DNA of 63,925 bases, filler included, from Craspedostauros australis (GCA_030167865.1; 6 parts of 6 records of this genome joined end to end with filler, not necessarily neighbours in it), one strand, 5' to 3'; positions 12,701 through 24,691 are shown, numbered from the whole stretch's first letter. Program-made: numbers and translations. The notes: a model not told the origin generated them from the sequence alone.

Positions 12701-12844
12701 CAGTGCAATCAGCAGCACCAGCAGGCCTCTCATGGGTTGCCGCGTCATCATTCTCCTCGTTCCTTGTGCCTCTCCTATCTGCATTGTTGCTGTTGTTGTT
12801 GTTGGTGGTGGTGGTGTTGCTGGTGTCGTCAGCGATGATGGCAT
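9746..12844 (-). CDS. Secreted/surface-anchored protein with six tandem DUF6174-like domains
   Basis: Signal peptide (MRGLLVLLIALCCLGASA); six repeats of W...Y...(CxC)...V.DG...T(I/V)..LF...(F/Y)D...G.P..I; a PSESPSSAPTVAPT stalk; hydrophobic C-terminus; intronless. Confidence 0.8.
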   Translation of the reverse strand: MPSSLTTPATPPPPTTTTATMQIGEAQGTRRMMTRQPMRGLLVLLIALCCLGASAVAEATSSTDADAAKAKWDELGAGIYHVQFDSYLDATQRTADATIQRSNFGIHVRDDQILAEFWEVAPADQAQVMTIDALFDVISNGTVAAVFDATHGYPLSITQASATDPSQTVLDVQIQRVLLLDTVIFNEVTTNLLRWQTSGPSDYTMGYRNHHQAAIIPLPPQTISDDHGSVQLTVSVANGFLIKSITVTTQSDASGGSSTVDVDVTATTRDYVQTVDALFRELEFRILGPDLAALSDATMEPVFFPTLVNVVYDQQLGYPNSIEIVATTSSSVVSLRAPQTRLFNVSLPFLEPDRLEELSDARKRWDDAKDKLGLYGTLVRSITVPQDPPNLPIDVPRFYSTRAIQVENDEIYSVQSVLGVEVLTNLDARPANTISWRAIIPLEDLTDVDDPTVTSNIQHGNDFEHIDGDDTDKKYFTVDQLFGILGSALRELNSNEQENDGDDDGGRILAVWATYDAANFGVPRAIQIQYQAPKTKNGDDGEVRVFIYNVRALLPYSLAMLQIEEQKRRWANLDMVDYSFIFQLTCFCLDEVVQPRLVEIRNSTDIQSVQTLPNARGVGERDAINDMLPVIRPMTEMFEFLKQALEDSPQAFSFIFDPIYGHPTSIHINPALGISDNSYVAEISSVTPMRQSELQTNLTNAIQTWESYDMQNYSFAFVDRCFCEVIVHQWIAVRDGKLLNVDIDNMETIAPDAVVDVGIDDAMTIPDLFDLIQDSINTLADRLEVEFDAKYGHPTRIFVQQDEDLADAFASIFVSMLTPYSALLPEVAQQKLLWEQQQITSYTYSFTRSCECLTDGVPVEVVVEDGVIQSWTLISPQNKSVTGATRSGASPCSSAFTVSDLLAIIEDAIQQEAPSIQVDYDFTGRPLSIFIDYSRMIADDEFIVSMDYMGPPSESPSSAPTVAPTYFRPSLAPTSSNETQEIKSVDVETAAPATTPRSASDRSGSRPQSSWFGAWFVVGGVSALMMVLEMIQ

Positions 12845-13811
12845 ACACTTGCTTTCTCACTCCGCGTCCTGCGTCGATGGATGGATCGATGGAGACTCGA
12901 ACTATCGCACAAATGTGATCATGAGGATGGACTTGGACTTGGGCATGAGCGTGGAATGCGATACAATAGCCTGATCAATGGCCACCACCTTGATCTGACC
13001 ACAAGGGTGTAGTAATGAGTGTTGGTAGTGGCAGAGGCAATGTTCGTGGAACCGGGAGAAGGAGAACCTGAGGTTGCTGATGTGGACGGAAGCGCTTTCA
13101 AGCCACGACCATCAAGACTACGAGCGTTTCAGAATGGACCTCCCAATGCAGAGTTGGAGCAGGTCTCTCGTGGTCTCTGGTTCTCCTGTGATGTGTTGCC
13201 GTGATGTGTTGCCGTGATGTCAAGTATTGTCGCATTCGTCGTTGTGGGGTGTAAGTGTGTGGAGCAGTGATGTGAAGTGGTGCTGTTGGTGGCTCATGGT
13301 TGGGTCCAGTCCATGAAGGTCTTTGTGTGTGTTCACATGGTTCCATTTGTTCATGTTCTTCGTCGCAATCGTGGGTGGAAGGAAATATCACGCCTCGACA
13401 CGAGCTTTCTCGGTTTCGTCACATGATTCATCAACACGAACAGGAACCGGCAGCGTTTTGGAGAAGAGTCAATTGTTTTTGGGCATGTCCAGATGGCGAT
13501 TTCATGTCACGTGTCTGCACGATTGCTTGTTGCAACATGTGAGACGTTACGCCGGCATGCATGGTCCTGTAAACACAAAATGTCAGCATGCTCGTCCAAC
13601 GGATATACTAGAACTCCAAGCTAGATATCGAAGTCAGTCTCACATTTTGAGGAAGAGGCAATTGGACTCAAACACCATATTATAATACGAATAGCCTGCA
13701 TGATGGACACTGCAAACAGCGGTGCATGCACAACAAAGTGTGATACCATCTCTAGAGAGCGACCATCTTCCTTGTTTGTCTACAGAGAGCGAGACGCGTT
13801 TTGCGAGGAGA

Positions 13812-15668
13812 TCAGCCGTGGGCCAAGTAAAGGACGTGGTGCTTCGGGCTGCAGGAGAGCGGTGACAGCGTCAGCAGATGCATGCGTGTGAATACTTCCT
13901 GCTCGTATGCCCATAGATATCGATCCATCTCCATCCATGCCTTGGCATCGCACACCGTATTTTTGGATTCGCCGTTGCCGTCGTTTCCTTCTTTCTCAAC
14001 CTTCGTCATCTCCGTCTTGCTAGCAGCAACAGCAGCAGCACTGTTCAGCTGGTTGTGATCGGCCGCCTTGCACAGCACCGTCAGGTAATCCGAAGTGGAC
14101 AATGAATTCCCCGCCTTTTCTCTTTCATCATTGTCATCAACACTGCTCCCGCCCTCGTTCACAGCGCCAGCACCGTGCTTTGCGCTGGACTGAAGCCAAA
14201 AGGGAGCCGCTTTTGAAGTTGATGCAGATAATTGCTGCATGCTCGTGCCTCCTGGTGGTGCTGAATTCCACCATGAGCTCCGTGGGAACGTGTACTGCTG
14301 GATGGTCTCCTTCTCTGTCTTTTGCGTCGCCGCTTCTCCACGAATCTCCTGAGAGTCGCGACCTTTGTCGTCATCCATGGATGCCCGCTGCTCATTCTTT
14401 TGCACGCGCAGGTACGCCGTCGTTTCCAACCCGCCATTGCAGCACGGGCAGACGATGCAGTCCGCACGCACCGACGGGCTGCTGCAAATATCCAGCACCA
14501 TGTCAGTGAAAGAACCGCAGGAATGCCAGCCGATTCCCAAGTTAAACAGTCGGTTGGCATCCCGATTACGACGGTGATCACGATGGTGATCTCCACTGCC
14601 GTCCCCGCCCGCAGAAACTGTCGCTGTCACCGTTGCCATCGCTGAATCAATCACTTGTCGTAGTTGCGCCAGAAAGTCACCATGCAACTTGGACAGGGTC
14701 AGCTGATACTGCATGGTCACCACATTCCGAAGCTTGCTCTCGCGGATGCGATGCCGCGCCATCTCCAAGCACGGGCCTTTCTGATCCACCAGAACGAACA
14801 GCCATCGCGGGTATTTGGCGGCCAGAGGCAACGTCAAGTTGCCGCTGCCACTGCCAAAGTCGACAATAACGTTGGTTCGTCCCTGCGTTGCATCGTACGA
14901 TGTGGGCATCTTCATTTGGGACGGGGCATCGCGACGTAACCACCGTCGTTGGCAATCTTGGAGCAGCTGCGCAATGTTCTCAACCTGCTGCCGTTTCCGC
15001 GTCTCCTTTTTCGCCGTTGCACTGCCAATACCGTCGCCTTGATCATCACTCGTTGCTGCGCTGCGCGCATCGAAAGGATCAGACGCAAGGCACCTGGTCG
15101 CTTCCAATTCTTCGACCTTGGCCTTGTGCGCCGCTTCCGTGAGCACTCCGTTGGCATGCTGCTTCTTCCATTTCTTCAGCAGTTTCGTGCGTCGGTGCTC
15201 CTCCATGGCAAGGTACCTGCCATTCGTCATTGCTCGATTGTGGATCGCGGTCGCGCTGAATTCAGGTTGGCATATAGCAGGAACCTCGCTCCACAATGCT
15301 TGTGACTCGGCTGATGTCATTTCAGGAATTGGACGGTACCAGCCGTGGATGCTGGAGGGCATCGATTGGACGGTCGGCGATGTCGAAGAATTGCCGTTGC
15401 CAGTCTCATCATCATCCTCCAGAATGACGCAAGATAGATCCGCGTCCTGATCTGCCCATGGAAGAGGCGGCGGCAATGGAATCACAGGCAACCTCAGCTG
15501 CGCAATGAGTTGCTGCACACGACGCATCTTGCGATCCTGCTTGCGCTGGCGCTTGTTCTTGCGATGTTGGGCATTTCGCAACCACTTGGCTCTGTCGTTG
15601 GTGTCATCGTGATCGTTGATGGGTGCAGTCTTGTCATCACAAGCAATGCCCGAGTCTGCTTGCATCAT
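13812..15668 (-). CDS. GSTCD-like class I SAM methyltransferase (Methyltransf_32-type)
   Basis: RKRQQVENI, motif I VDFGSGSGNL, acidic VD, WHSCGSFTD, CPCCNG, AKAWMEMDR and C-terminal CSPKHHVL match the GSTCD methyltransferase domain. Confidence 0.82.
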   Translation of the reverse strand: MMQADSGIACDDKTAPINDHDDTNDRAKWLRNAQHRKNKRQRKQDRKMRRVQQLIAQLRLPVIPLPPPLPWADQDADLSCVILEDDDETGNGNSSTSPTVQSMPSSIHGWYRPIPEMTSAESQALWSEVPAICQPEFSATAIHNRAMTNGRYLAMEEHRRTKLLKKWKKQHANGVLTEAAHKAKVEELEATRCLASDPFDARSAATSDDQGDGIGSATAKKETRKRQQVENIAQLLQDCQRRWLRRDAPSQMKMPTSYDATQGRTNVIVDFGSGSGNLTLPLAAKYPRWLFVLVDQKGPCLEMARHRIRESKLRNVVTMQYQLTLSKLHGDFLAQLRQVIDSAMATVTATVSAGGDGSGDHHRDHRRNRDANRLFNLGIGWHSCGSFTDMVLDICSSPSVRADCIVCPCCNGGLETTAYLRVQKNEQRASMDDDKGRDSQEIRGEAATQKTEKETIQQYTFPRSSWWNSAPPGGTSMQQLSASTSKAAPFWLQSSAKHGAGAVNEGGSSVDDNDEREKAGNSLSTSDYLTVLCKAADHNQLNSAAAVAASKTEMTKVEKEGNDGNGESKNTVCDAKAWMEMDRYLWAYEQEVFTRMHLLTLSPLSCSPKHHVLYLAHG

Positions 15669-17218
15669 CTCGTATTATTGTCCACTCCATTACTTGTGTC
15701 CTTGCCAGCTTGGTGCGAATGAGGATCGGTGAAGGATGGGTGGCCACCGTTTACCGCAACAAAAAAGATCCACCTGTGGTGATGATACTCAAGAAAAGGT
15801 GACATGACGTGATGGATGCAAGGCTGTCCCTTGTTCGTTGTTGCATTACACAGACTCAATGATGTCACAGCCCACAAATGTCTCTTGGGCCTTCGCAAGA
15901 GTCGTGGATGCGTGTTCGGTGAAGCCTTCCACTCCAACCACCCAAACATCTCCGATTGAACATTGTAGACACAGCTACGACCTACACCACTCTGCGTTGC
16001 ATCATTGCGGGCAAGAGTGAATATAGTAGGTCGTAGAGTAGAGGGTAGAGGGTAGAGGAAATGGCGAGGCCTCCATAAAGAACACTTGCATTTATCGGCT
16101 CCGAAACGGTGATATCCAACCCACCATCGAGCCACGACAAGTCCCAATGCCGAACTCCTCCAAGAGCTACAACGACGCCCCTTCTGCGCAGGGGTAAAGT
16201 TCGGAACTGGCGAACTGGCTTTCCTGTTTGCAGATGTGCTGGCCGTCCTGGAGTTGTGGCCGGCTTCCCCCTTTCGTTCACCCAATACAACATAATGCCC
16301 GGGCTGGTGTGTGATCGCGCGTACTGGTATCTCGCATTTGTTGCAACTTGCGTGATGTGAATCATGGAAACCGCGCAGGCGGCTTCCTGCTCCCAACTTG
16401 TCCCAAGCATGTGGGCCACAACACGAAGTTGAAGAACGGCACAACGATTGGAATACTGTAGTCTCCGAGCTCCCATACGTATGCAGGATGGATGAGCGGA
16501 ACATCACATGCCACGCTCCGCTACAGCTCGCCCCCACAGCTGCGCGGTCCCGGTTCATCATCTACGCGTGTTGGATTGGCTGAACATGGTGCACAAGGTA
16601 CACAATGATACTTTCCTCTCTCTTTGCTGCGCTCACATTGCGGTTCACCTGTGCCGATTGCACTGCGGCGCCCCACCCTTGCGCAGGTAATCGTGCGAGT
16701 ACTCGTGTGTTCACTCGTGCGCGAACTCATGCGCGCACCACACATCTTCACGACAAACGATCAAAATACAAAAATCTCACGTGGTGAAACATTCGTGATG
16801 TTTCGGTCCAGGTGGACCTTGTGCCCTGTGAGAGGTAGGCGTTGATGCAGTAAAAGTCAATGAGTTGGGTGGCGCAAGAGGAAGCAAATGTACGAGCACC
16901 AACAACAGTAGAAAGGATCAGCTTTGGTGTACGAGCTATTGTATGATGTTGTACAAGCTCTTCATATCTGTGGCCACGACATTCTGGATTTGTAGCTCGT
17001 GGCCATCTCGGGAAGGCTCGCCTGTGACGGGTGAAGTGGCTGATCTGTCCATAAAATACTGAAAATCGGCAGATAGGCAACCGAGAAACCACTGCTCTGT
17101 CCGCGGAGACCACTTACCACAAACGAACCACGTCAAGTCAAGCAACACCACCACAAAAGTTGTAGAGTAGACCCTCGATTGCTCCAACCGCCATCGAAAC
17201 GAAGCACAACACTCAACG

Positions 17219-20209
17219 ATGGACAAGGCAGAACAAAATCTGGAGCTCGGCTCTTCTCACAACAACGAAGAGGTAGCCATGGCCAACGAGAGCAAGGAAG
17301 GTGAGACCAGCAGCAGCTGTCACGATGTGGCAGGCACGGCAAGCAATCCGTGCCGCAAGTTTCAAGATGAAGCACAATCGTCAGGAACCGTCTCAGCACA
17401 AGATGAGCAACGTCACATCTTCCGCAAGGCCAAGCAACTCCTCGAACCAGCCACAATTTACCGCTCTGTGATCTACCTCTACGCCGAGCGCAAGCTCTTG
17501 GTCTTCTTCCTCATCCACTTCATGACCACCATGGTGGTGTTCACCCACTTTGCGTTGCAAAAATTCCAGCTCGAAGAGAACAAAACCCCGGACGGGGCCA
17601 GCTGGTATTGGTGGAAGCGCCTGGTGCCACCAGTGGAGTTTGGATGCTCACATGCCATCTTGTTCCAGATGGCCTTGCTCCCGCTGACAATGTCGCGGCT
17701 GAGCATCGCATCCCTCTCCNGGTCGTTCATTGACAAGATCGTCCCCATGAATCGGATGCTCCGCTTGCACATCCACTTTGGCTACACCATGATCTTCATC
17801 GTGTTCTCGGCCACGCTCCTTTTCTTCGTCTACACCGGCATACTATGCGCCGACGGCGAGGAGGGATTCTGCGACAAGTTCACAACCGAGATCGCGATCA
17901 CGGGATACGCCATCCTCGCCTGCTTGATGATCATCGGCGTAACATCCTACTTCCGATACGCCATCCCGTACGAGCTGTTCTATGCCATCCACCACCTCGT
18001 CTTCGTCATGTACTTCATCACGATCGCACATACCTTCGACGCGAAGCACCGCCGACACCCAGGCAGCCGAAGTCAGACCTTCCAGTGGTTTTCATCGACC
18101 CTGTTGTTCTACTTGTGCGACCGTGCCGCCATGCATCTCAACCACAAGCACAGGGTCAACGTGGTGATGGCCACCAGCGTATCAGGCACCGGTGGGTCCA
18201 AGACGATCATCCTCAAGCTCCGTCGCCCTGACCTCTTCCGCTTCAGCCCTGGCCAGTACGCTTTCCTCCGTATCAAGCAGTTCGACATCCACTGGCATCC
18301 ATTCTCCATCGCTTCTGGCCCGGACTCTCCTGATCTTGAATTCTACATCGAGGTCTTCGACGAGCAGTCATGGACGGGGAAACTCTGGAAGCTGCTCGAT
18401 GATAGATCTGATCGGGGCCTCGAATCGGAGCTGTACGTGGAGGTCATGGGACCCTGCGGCACAGCCTTGGCCAAGATTGAGGACTACACGCATGCGCTCG
18501 CGATTGGGTCGGGTACTGGTGCGTGTTCCGTGTGGGTTCGCACTGTGACAAATGCGTTGGCAAGCGACTTGTTCTCTGCAGCCATTTTGCTTCGTCAATG
18601 TCCTCTTCTCACCTTCGGTATCTTGTCACCACGTTCAAACTTCTGCGAACTTACAATGAAACAACGTGCGACCGCGGAATGAACAGGAATCGTCCCGCTG
18701 CTCAGCCTGTTCAACCAACATGTGCAGCAGATGCTCAAGCTCGACCCAAGGCAGCGCCTTTCGGATCTCTTCGAGCGTCAGGACAAGCTCTTCCAGCTTG
18801 ACATCGCCAACCAGGCACGCAAGGGATCCGTGGCGAGAGAAATCAGCCGCATCGCATGCTCCACTCCAGCCTATGCAGGACAGAATGGTGACGGCACTCG
18901 CACCAGAGCTCAGCTTCCAGCCTCTACCAAGCGAGATGAGCTAAACCAGACGATCTGCGATGGAATCATGGCGCAGGATGGACTGACGGAGTGGGATGCC
19001 ATGCACCGCAACAAGGACAGCCTGCGACGATCTACCTTCCTTGCCACCCGCTCCATCTATGGCGTCGTCTTCCTCGCCTTCATGCCAGTGCTGGGAGTTA
19101 CGCTGTTCGCATTGACGATCTCATGGAACACGATCCCGATCGATCTCTACGATGGCATGATNGATGCACTGAAGGTATTGACGGNCATGTTCCAGACCAT
19201 CTTTGCTATCATTGCCATCTTCATATGGAACGGCCACAGCCTCCTGGCCTACGTCGACGCCTCACTCTGCCTCGTCAGCCCGTTCGCTGACTGGGGATGG
19301 TTCCGCATGTATGACAATCATGGCAGGCTCGACGATGGACATCTGGCCTTGTTCTGTCTGCTGACACTGTACATGACAGCCCGAGTGTGGGCGAAGGCAG
19401 TGCTGCCACGGCACAAGTCATGGAAGAGGCAGATTAACCAGGATGAAGCCACCAAGCTCGATTCCCTGAAGGTCATGTGGACCACGCGGTCCGTCTCGCA
19501 AGTGTCCAAGATCCTCCCGGACATCCTCGTGGTCTGGGATGCATTGGTCAAAGCATGGGGCATCGAAAATGCTCTGCAAGTGTGCCGCTTCAGCATCTTC
19601 ATCACCGACCGGGACACCGACGCATGCGATGCGCTGAAGACGGAGATCGAACATACATCGCTATACAAGTGCGGTGCCATTCAATTCCGTCGCATCGACC
19701 TGCCACGCATAATCGAGGATCACACGCTCGAGATGATCAAGACGCAAGCCATGTCGTATTCGATGCTGGCGTTTTGCGGCTCGCCGGAGCTTGCCTCTCG
19801 CGTCCAGCTGTGCAAGATCTCAAACGATATGGTGACGGCCATGACGGGAAATGGCAGGCACCAGATGGACTTCGTCTCCGAGAATTATGGTGGATCGAAG
19901 ACAGCGAGGATGGAGAAGGTGACCAGTGACAAGCAAGACTCTGGTGTTGTCAGTGGCCATGATGTCACCCTGCAGAAAAGGGGCTCCAGCCAACCGTTGG
20001 CAACACGCAAGGTCTCCCAGTATGCGTTGCCTCATCATGATGATGATATCGTGAAGTCCAAAATGAACCTTCTCTCGTCCCAGCGCACAGGCATGAGCAT
20101 GTTGATTGACGGGTGTGATCAATACAGTTCCTCGCAAATGAGCACGAACATTGCCACAGCCATTGCCGAACTTGAGCAATCTGGCGAATCTGAGCCCGAC
20201 GCAACCTGA
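17219..20209 (+). CDS. Algal-type NADPH oxidase / respiratory burst oxidase homolog (ferric reductase superfamily), 2 exons (17219-18518, 18687-20209)
   Basis: TM ferric-reductase domain with His residues; FAD motifs PGQY and HPFSI; GPCG. Intron GTGCGT..AACAG (18519-18686) restores GSGTGIVP. C-terminal FCGSP and ENY motifs; about four extra TM helices inside the NADPH-binding domain; no EF-hands. Confidence 0.88.
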
Positions 20210-20969
20210 ACACAGAATTGTGGGATAATATGGCATCCGAGACTCAGAAAGTCCTGCAGTCTAGAACTACCGTCCCAGACAACATTCTACTTCGAATCGG
20301 ATCCTGGAGGAAAGGCATGGTTGGTTCAAGCTGTCCTGCCAACCAATGACATCGTAAACACAGATGCACAATACATTCAAGCCAAAAGAGGAGAAATTTT
20401 GGAGAGCAAAGCGAACGCCAAGCAAACCAATGAAGCAAGATCCATGCAGAATCATTCTCACAATTTAGTTTCTTAGTTACAATGCATTTCTGAGTTACTA
20501 GTTGTCACCAGTGAGCCAGGAAGTGTCCTCATCCAAACCGGGCAAGTCCGCTGCTGGGAAACAACAGGAATCGAAACGAACAGCCGCTCCCCATCGTATT
20601 GGTAGGCTCATGCGATCAGTGTGGATCGGGCACTGAAGGGGGAAGACGAAGACAGCGTGATGGTCAGAGCAATGAATTTGTAGCGTAGAAGTGCAGCATT
20701 GTACAAGAAAAGCATTGGTAGATTAATGATACAGCGCTCCCTAATCGTAGCATGCACATGAAGTACATCGCCACGAAGCCGCGGGGTGTTGGTGGACATC
20801 GCATGAAAACTTACTGCAAGCAAGTTGGATCCAATTGGAGATGGGTGTTTGATGTGCTCGCTGCGAAGTCCAGTACTGGTAGAGAATGCGGATAGAAGAA
20901 GAGAAAAGTGAATGCACGCTTGGGATGAAGAGGAGATTGCGTGTGGTTCGGCTCCTCAAGGGCACACGG

Positions 20970-21682
20970 AGTTGAAGTTCAATAAGGGACAGACTTCCTC
21001 CAACCTATGGTGTCCCATGCTGATGCCTGAAAATTCAGTTTTTGGTACGAACCTTTCCAACTTCAATGACTGCAACACTCTGCTTCTTCTTCTTCTTCTT
21101 CCTCTCTTCTTTCATTCACAAACCATCGCTGATCCAATACCACAATCAACTCGATTCAAGTCGTCCCAGGAGTTATATGCTCCTCAGATCCAAAGGACTG
21201 CAACTCATCTTGGTTCCCTCCATGACTATGGCAACAATCTTGTTGCCATGGTCATGGCATGGAGATCCAACCTGCTTCAATCCAAGCAGGGAATCTGATA
21301 GTGAATTCCAACCACAACTGCTGCTGCATCTTCTTCACAACTTCAACTCAATGCTGGGTTGTTCCTCTTTTGCTGGAAGACACCAGCAGATGGAGAGATG
21401 AGTGGAGCAAGGGGCAACATCCACTGTCAACACTGAACCATGCAGATCAGTGCAGAGCCATATCAACTGTGTGACCATTGTTTCTTCATCCTACTACAGG
21501 TAACTAACTCATATTAACAAAAGCCAAGATTAGTACAAACAGCACTACTCTATTCATCGTTTCAGTAACAACTACTTCACCAAGCGCTCACCCCTCATGA
21601 ACTGCATCACACAGTTTCCTAGACCGGCAGTTTGCAAGGACTTCCCTCTGGATTGTGTCACCAACAGCATACGGATTCCAAT
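20970..21682 (+). mobile_element. Degenerate LTR related to the 29592-30342 LTR
   Basis: Starts AGTTGAAGTTCA..GGGACAGACT. Collinear shared blocks: TATATGCTC, CACTGAACC..TCAGTGCAGAGCC, GTTTCTTCATCCTAC, GGAT.GTGTCAC.AACAGCA. Ends TCCAAT followed by GCGAG (possible PBS remnant). No TSD found. Confidence 0.7.
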
Positions 21683-22932
21683 GCGAGGTGAGCTTCTGTA
21701 CCTCTGTTTGCACCCGGCTTCTTTCGACTTGCATGCATTGAGTCGACTGCCTTATGCCAGCAGACGATCGAGGGATAATTGAAGATTATGATTACATTCC
21801 TTCCTTCTTGCCTCCACCTGCTCTACTTCGCGTTGCTCCACAAGTAGTGCACTCTGCCATGACACCTCTGCTTATTCCGTGCCTGTTCCAAGAACCACAC
21901 CTGAATTCCAAACCTGTGCCACCTGGTTGCCCATATGCTTGCTTCCATGTTTTGGCATCAAGTTTGGTGGTGGCATGTTTTCATTTGTTGACACCACAGA
22001 TACGACTGAGTTGAGTCTCGCATGGTTGGACTCGACTGACTGATCGCAGTCATGGACTTTCCCGGACTCGATCCAGTACTGGCAACATTAGATACATGAC
22101 TGGACTCAATTGGGAGACTAGGATATTCTAGATAGTGATAAGTCTAGGTCATCCACCACGTACACAGGAATAACATGCCCTTGCTTCCATTACTGTGTGT
22201 TCTCTCACGCTCCCTTGGGATTGGTGTTGGCATCGCCTGCATCAAAGATCCCTTGTGCCCATGTTGCGCCTGGTTGCACTTGGTTGCTGACCAATGTGTC
22301 CATAGCTTCCACCTTGTGGTCGTGCACTTGACAAGGATGTATGCTCGATCACTCTACGAGTACGAATAGAGAGGATTCAGTGATTCGTGAGGCTTGGGAC
22401 TGATTGGTGATGGCTGTCCGTCGCGAGAGAATGTGAGAAAGGAGAGTGGTCGGCGGAGGAGCAGTCCCCTGACTATCCCGTTCATCGTTCGGCGCGAGGC
22501 ATACTGATAGAGAGACGGCCGTGTCGATGACGGTTGCGAGGAATGATACCATACGTTCAGTGCATTGCAAGTACTCTACTCTACTCTATTGGAGATGCGA
22601 TGAGGTGCGAAACTACCGTTACGGCAACAGGCGGGTCGGTGAGTTCGCGACATGATCGATGCGATGCGGAGTACTCATGGTGGCGTGATGTCTGTGTGTG
22701 CGTGTGTCCGAATCATTCCAGATCAGTTCAGATTGTGCATTTTCCACCGTTTTGCAATTTGATGTGCAGCGTCTATTTGTTCTCGGGCGCAATAGAGTAG
22801 AGCACCTTGCGGAACCACTGTTCCATCCGATTTCCGTATCGCTGCTGGCACCATCGCATACCAACACTCTATTTGATGGCTTGAATGGCACGTTGCCATA
22901 GTCACAGATTGTCACGAGGAAGAGATACGGTC

Positions 22933-23462
22933 TCAGTACGCTCTCGTTCCTCGAATCCTGGTCCTCATGTTGAGCTGTGAATGCTTGCAGAGGTAGTACG
23001 CGTTCCGCTGCGCCTTGCAGGCATCCTCTGCTTCGATATCATCTTTCATGCATTCGTACAGCGACTTCTTATCATCCTTGACGCACTTTGTCTCCTCCAT
23101 GCATGTCAGCAACGACAGAGCGGCTTCGGCGCAGGCTTTCGGCTGGGATTTGCAGTTTCACGAGCGCAGTTCATCAGCGCATCGTGGCGTCGTTAGGTTT
23201 GGTTTTGGATGTTGTGCCATGGAGGCAACATGGGAAGGAAGATGAGGCAAGGAAAGCGATCATGATACCGAGTTAGTTTGCGTTTCGTCGTCATTCGTCA
23301 TGTGACGATGGGTCGGCCTCGCAGGATCGCGCAATGAATCCTGCGTCGGATCATCGCAAGCACCAGCACCACAGAGCGGATGCAGTCGCAACCAAAAAGA
23401 CACTGGAGAAATTCGGATCAGAGCAACCGCGCTCATGTCACCATCACGATCCAACCCACCAT
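22933..23462 (-). CDS. COA5: Cytochrome c oxidase assembly factor 5 (PET191), about 70 aa; ATG-only first exon inferred at 23462-23460, exon 2 23142-22933
   Basis: PKACAEAALSLLTCMEETKCVK...ECMK...CKAQRNAYYLCKHSQLNMRTRIRG has the twin-CX9C-like pattern and Pet191 C-terminus. Exon 2 is preceded by a CAG acceptor; AAAGATG|GTGGGT is the candidate donor. Missed by the ORF track. Confidence 0.85.
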
Positions 23463-24032
23463 CTTTGCTTCGGTATTGCTTCGTGGTGTTTCGTTCCAAT
23501 TCGACTGTTCTGGAGAACCCTTGTGCGACTGAGAATCTGTGCTACTCGTGCAGAGGACGAGTACGACTATGGATGACGATGTGAGCTGAAGCCAATGCGT
23601 GAACGGATGAATGACTCCAGACAACCCCAATCAAGAGCAGATCGTGCGACTATCAGCCCAGTAACATCCACAAGAGCAGGATGGAGAGGTGTCAGAGATG
23701 GTGTTGTTGTTTTTGCTGATGTGTTTGGATCCTCGTGCTTGTTGTGGCTGTCGCAGAAGAACGCAAACTCAGTGTTGTTGCGTCATGTTGATGGTTGTTA
23801 TTCGTGCGAGTCAAGTCATGAGGCCCAGTCACGAATTCAGTCTTGCGAAGGAAGAAGACCGCAAAACCGCACAAAAGACGCAAAACGGAGAACAAGACCA
23901 CATTGGTTTCCTCATGAACGCGCAAGTTGTGCCAAACATGCCATACAGTTGCTCCTGGCTCATAGCCATACTCGTACCAATACCAATACCAATACCAATA
24001 CATCGGAGGTTCCCCCAACGAAGAAGAGTTTG

Positions 24033-24039
<7 letters not shown>

Positions 24040-24064
<25 letters not shown>
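24040..24064. repeat. (AG)n microsatellite; (CCAATA)4 lies nearby at about 23977-24000
   Basis: Directly visible. Confidence 0.9.
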
Positions 24065-24304
24065 CAACCCCCCATAGGCATAGGTCGAACGAAAGGAGAG
24101 TGCGGCATCGTCAACTGATCCAGCGTCGTTGCCGAAACACGCTCCGATACTGCACGGTACGAATCAGTCCTCCATTCACCCCGTTGGACGCCTTTTGCGC
24201 CTGCGACGCTACACGCATCGCAACTCAACGTGAGCAAATAAAGAGCAATACAGAGCAGAGGAGAGGAAACAGTTGAAGGATACTGCGATTCGGCGATCGA
24301 CACC

Positions 24305-24691
24305 ATGGAAGACGGCAAGAGCAAGTCCCCGCAGGAGGAGAAGGAGGACCACGCGCAGGATTCCAAGCAAGACGACGGCGCATCGGGCGATGCCGATGAG
24401 AATGACAACAAGTCCGAGTTCGTCAACCGCGGTCTGCTGCGTTGGGAGGCAGCGCGCGCCAAGTGGATAGAGTCCAAGAACATCGGCGCGGCCGCCAGCA
24501 ACACGAACGCGGCGCAGTTCGAGGCCATCTCGTTGGATGTCAACGAAGTCATCGACGTCATATTCGCGAAGCGGTGGAGAGATCAGCATGCGCACGAAGG
24601 CAAGCCCGAATGCTTCCCAAGGCCGGTTCCGTTGCCGCAGCTGATCGACATTTACGTCGATCTTTGGGAGGCCGAAGGTTTGGACGTCTGA
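24305..24691 (+). CDS. Gag1-like clamp / DUF4050 family protein (128 aa)
   Basis: FVNRGLLRWEAARAKW and FPRPVPLPQLIDIYVDLWEAEGL are the two conserved blocks of this family. Confidence 0.82.
   Translation: MEDGKSKSPQEEKEDHAQDSKQDDGASGDADENDNKSEFVNRGLLRWEAARAKWIESKNIGAAASNTNAAQFEAISLDVNEVIDVIFAKRWRDQHAHEGKPECFPRPVPLPQLIDIYVDLWEAEGLDV

Noticed and set aside
15665..16561. 298-aa ORF with TYGSSET resembling an adenylation-domain motif
   Set aside because: No other AMP-binding motifs and non-coding-like composition.
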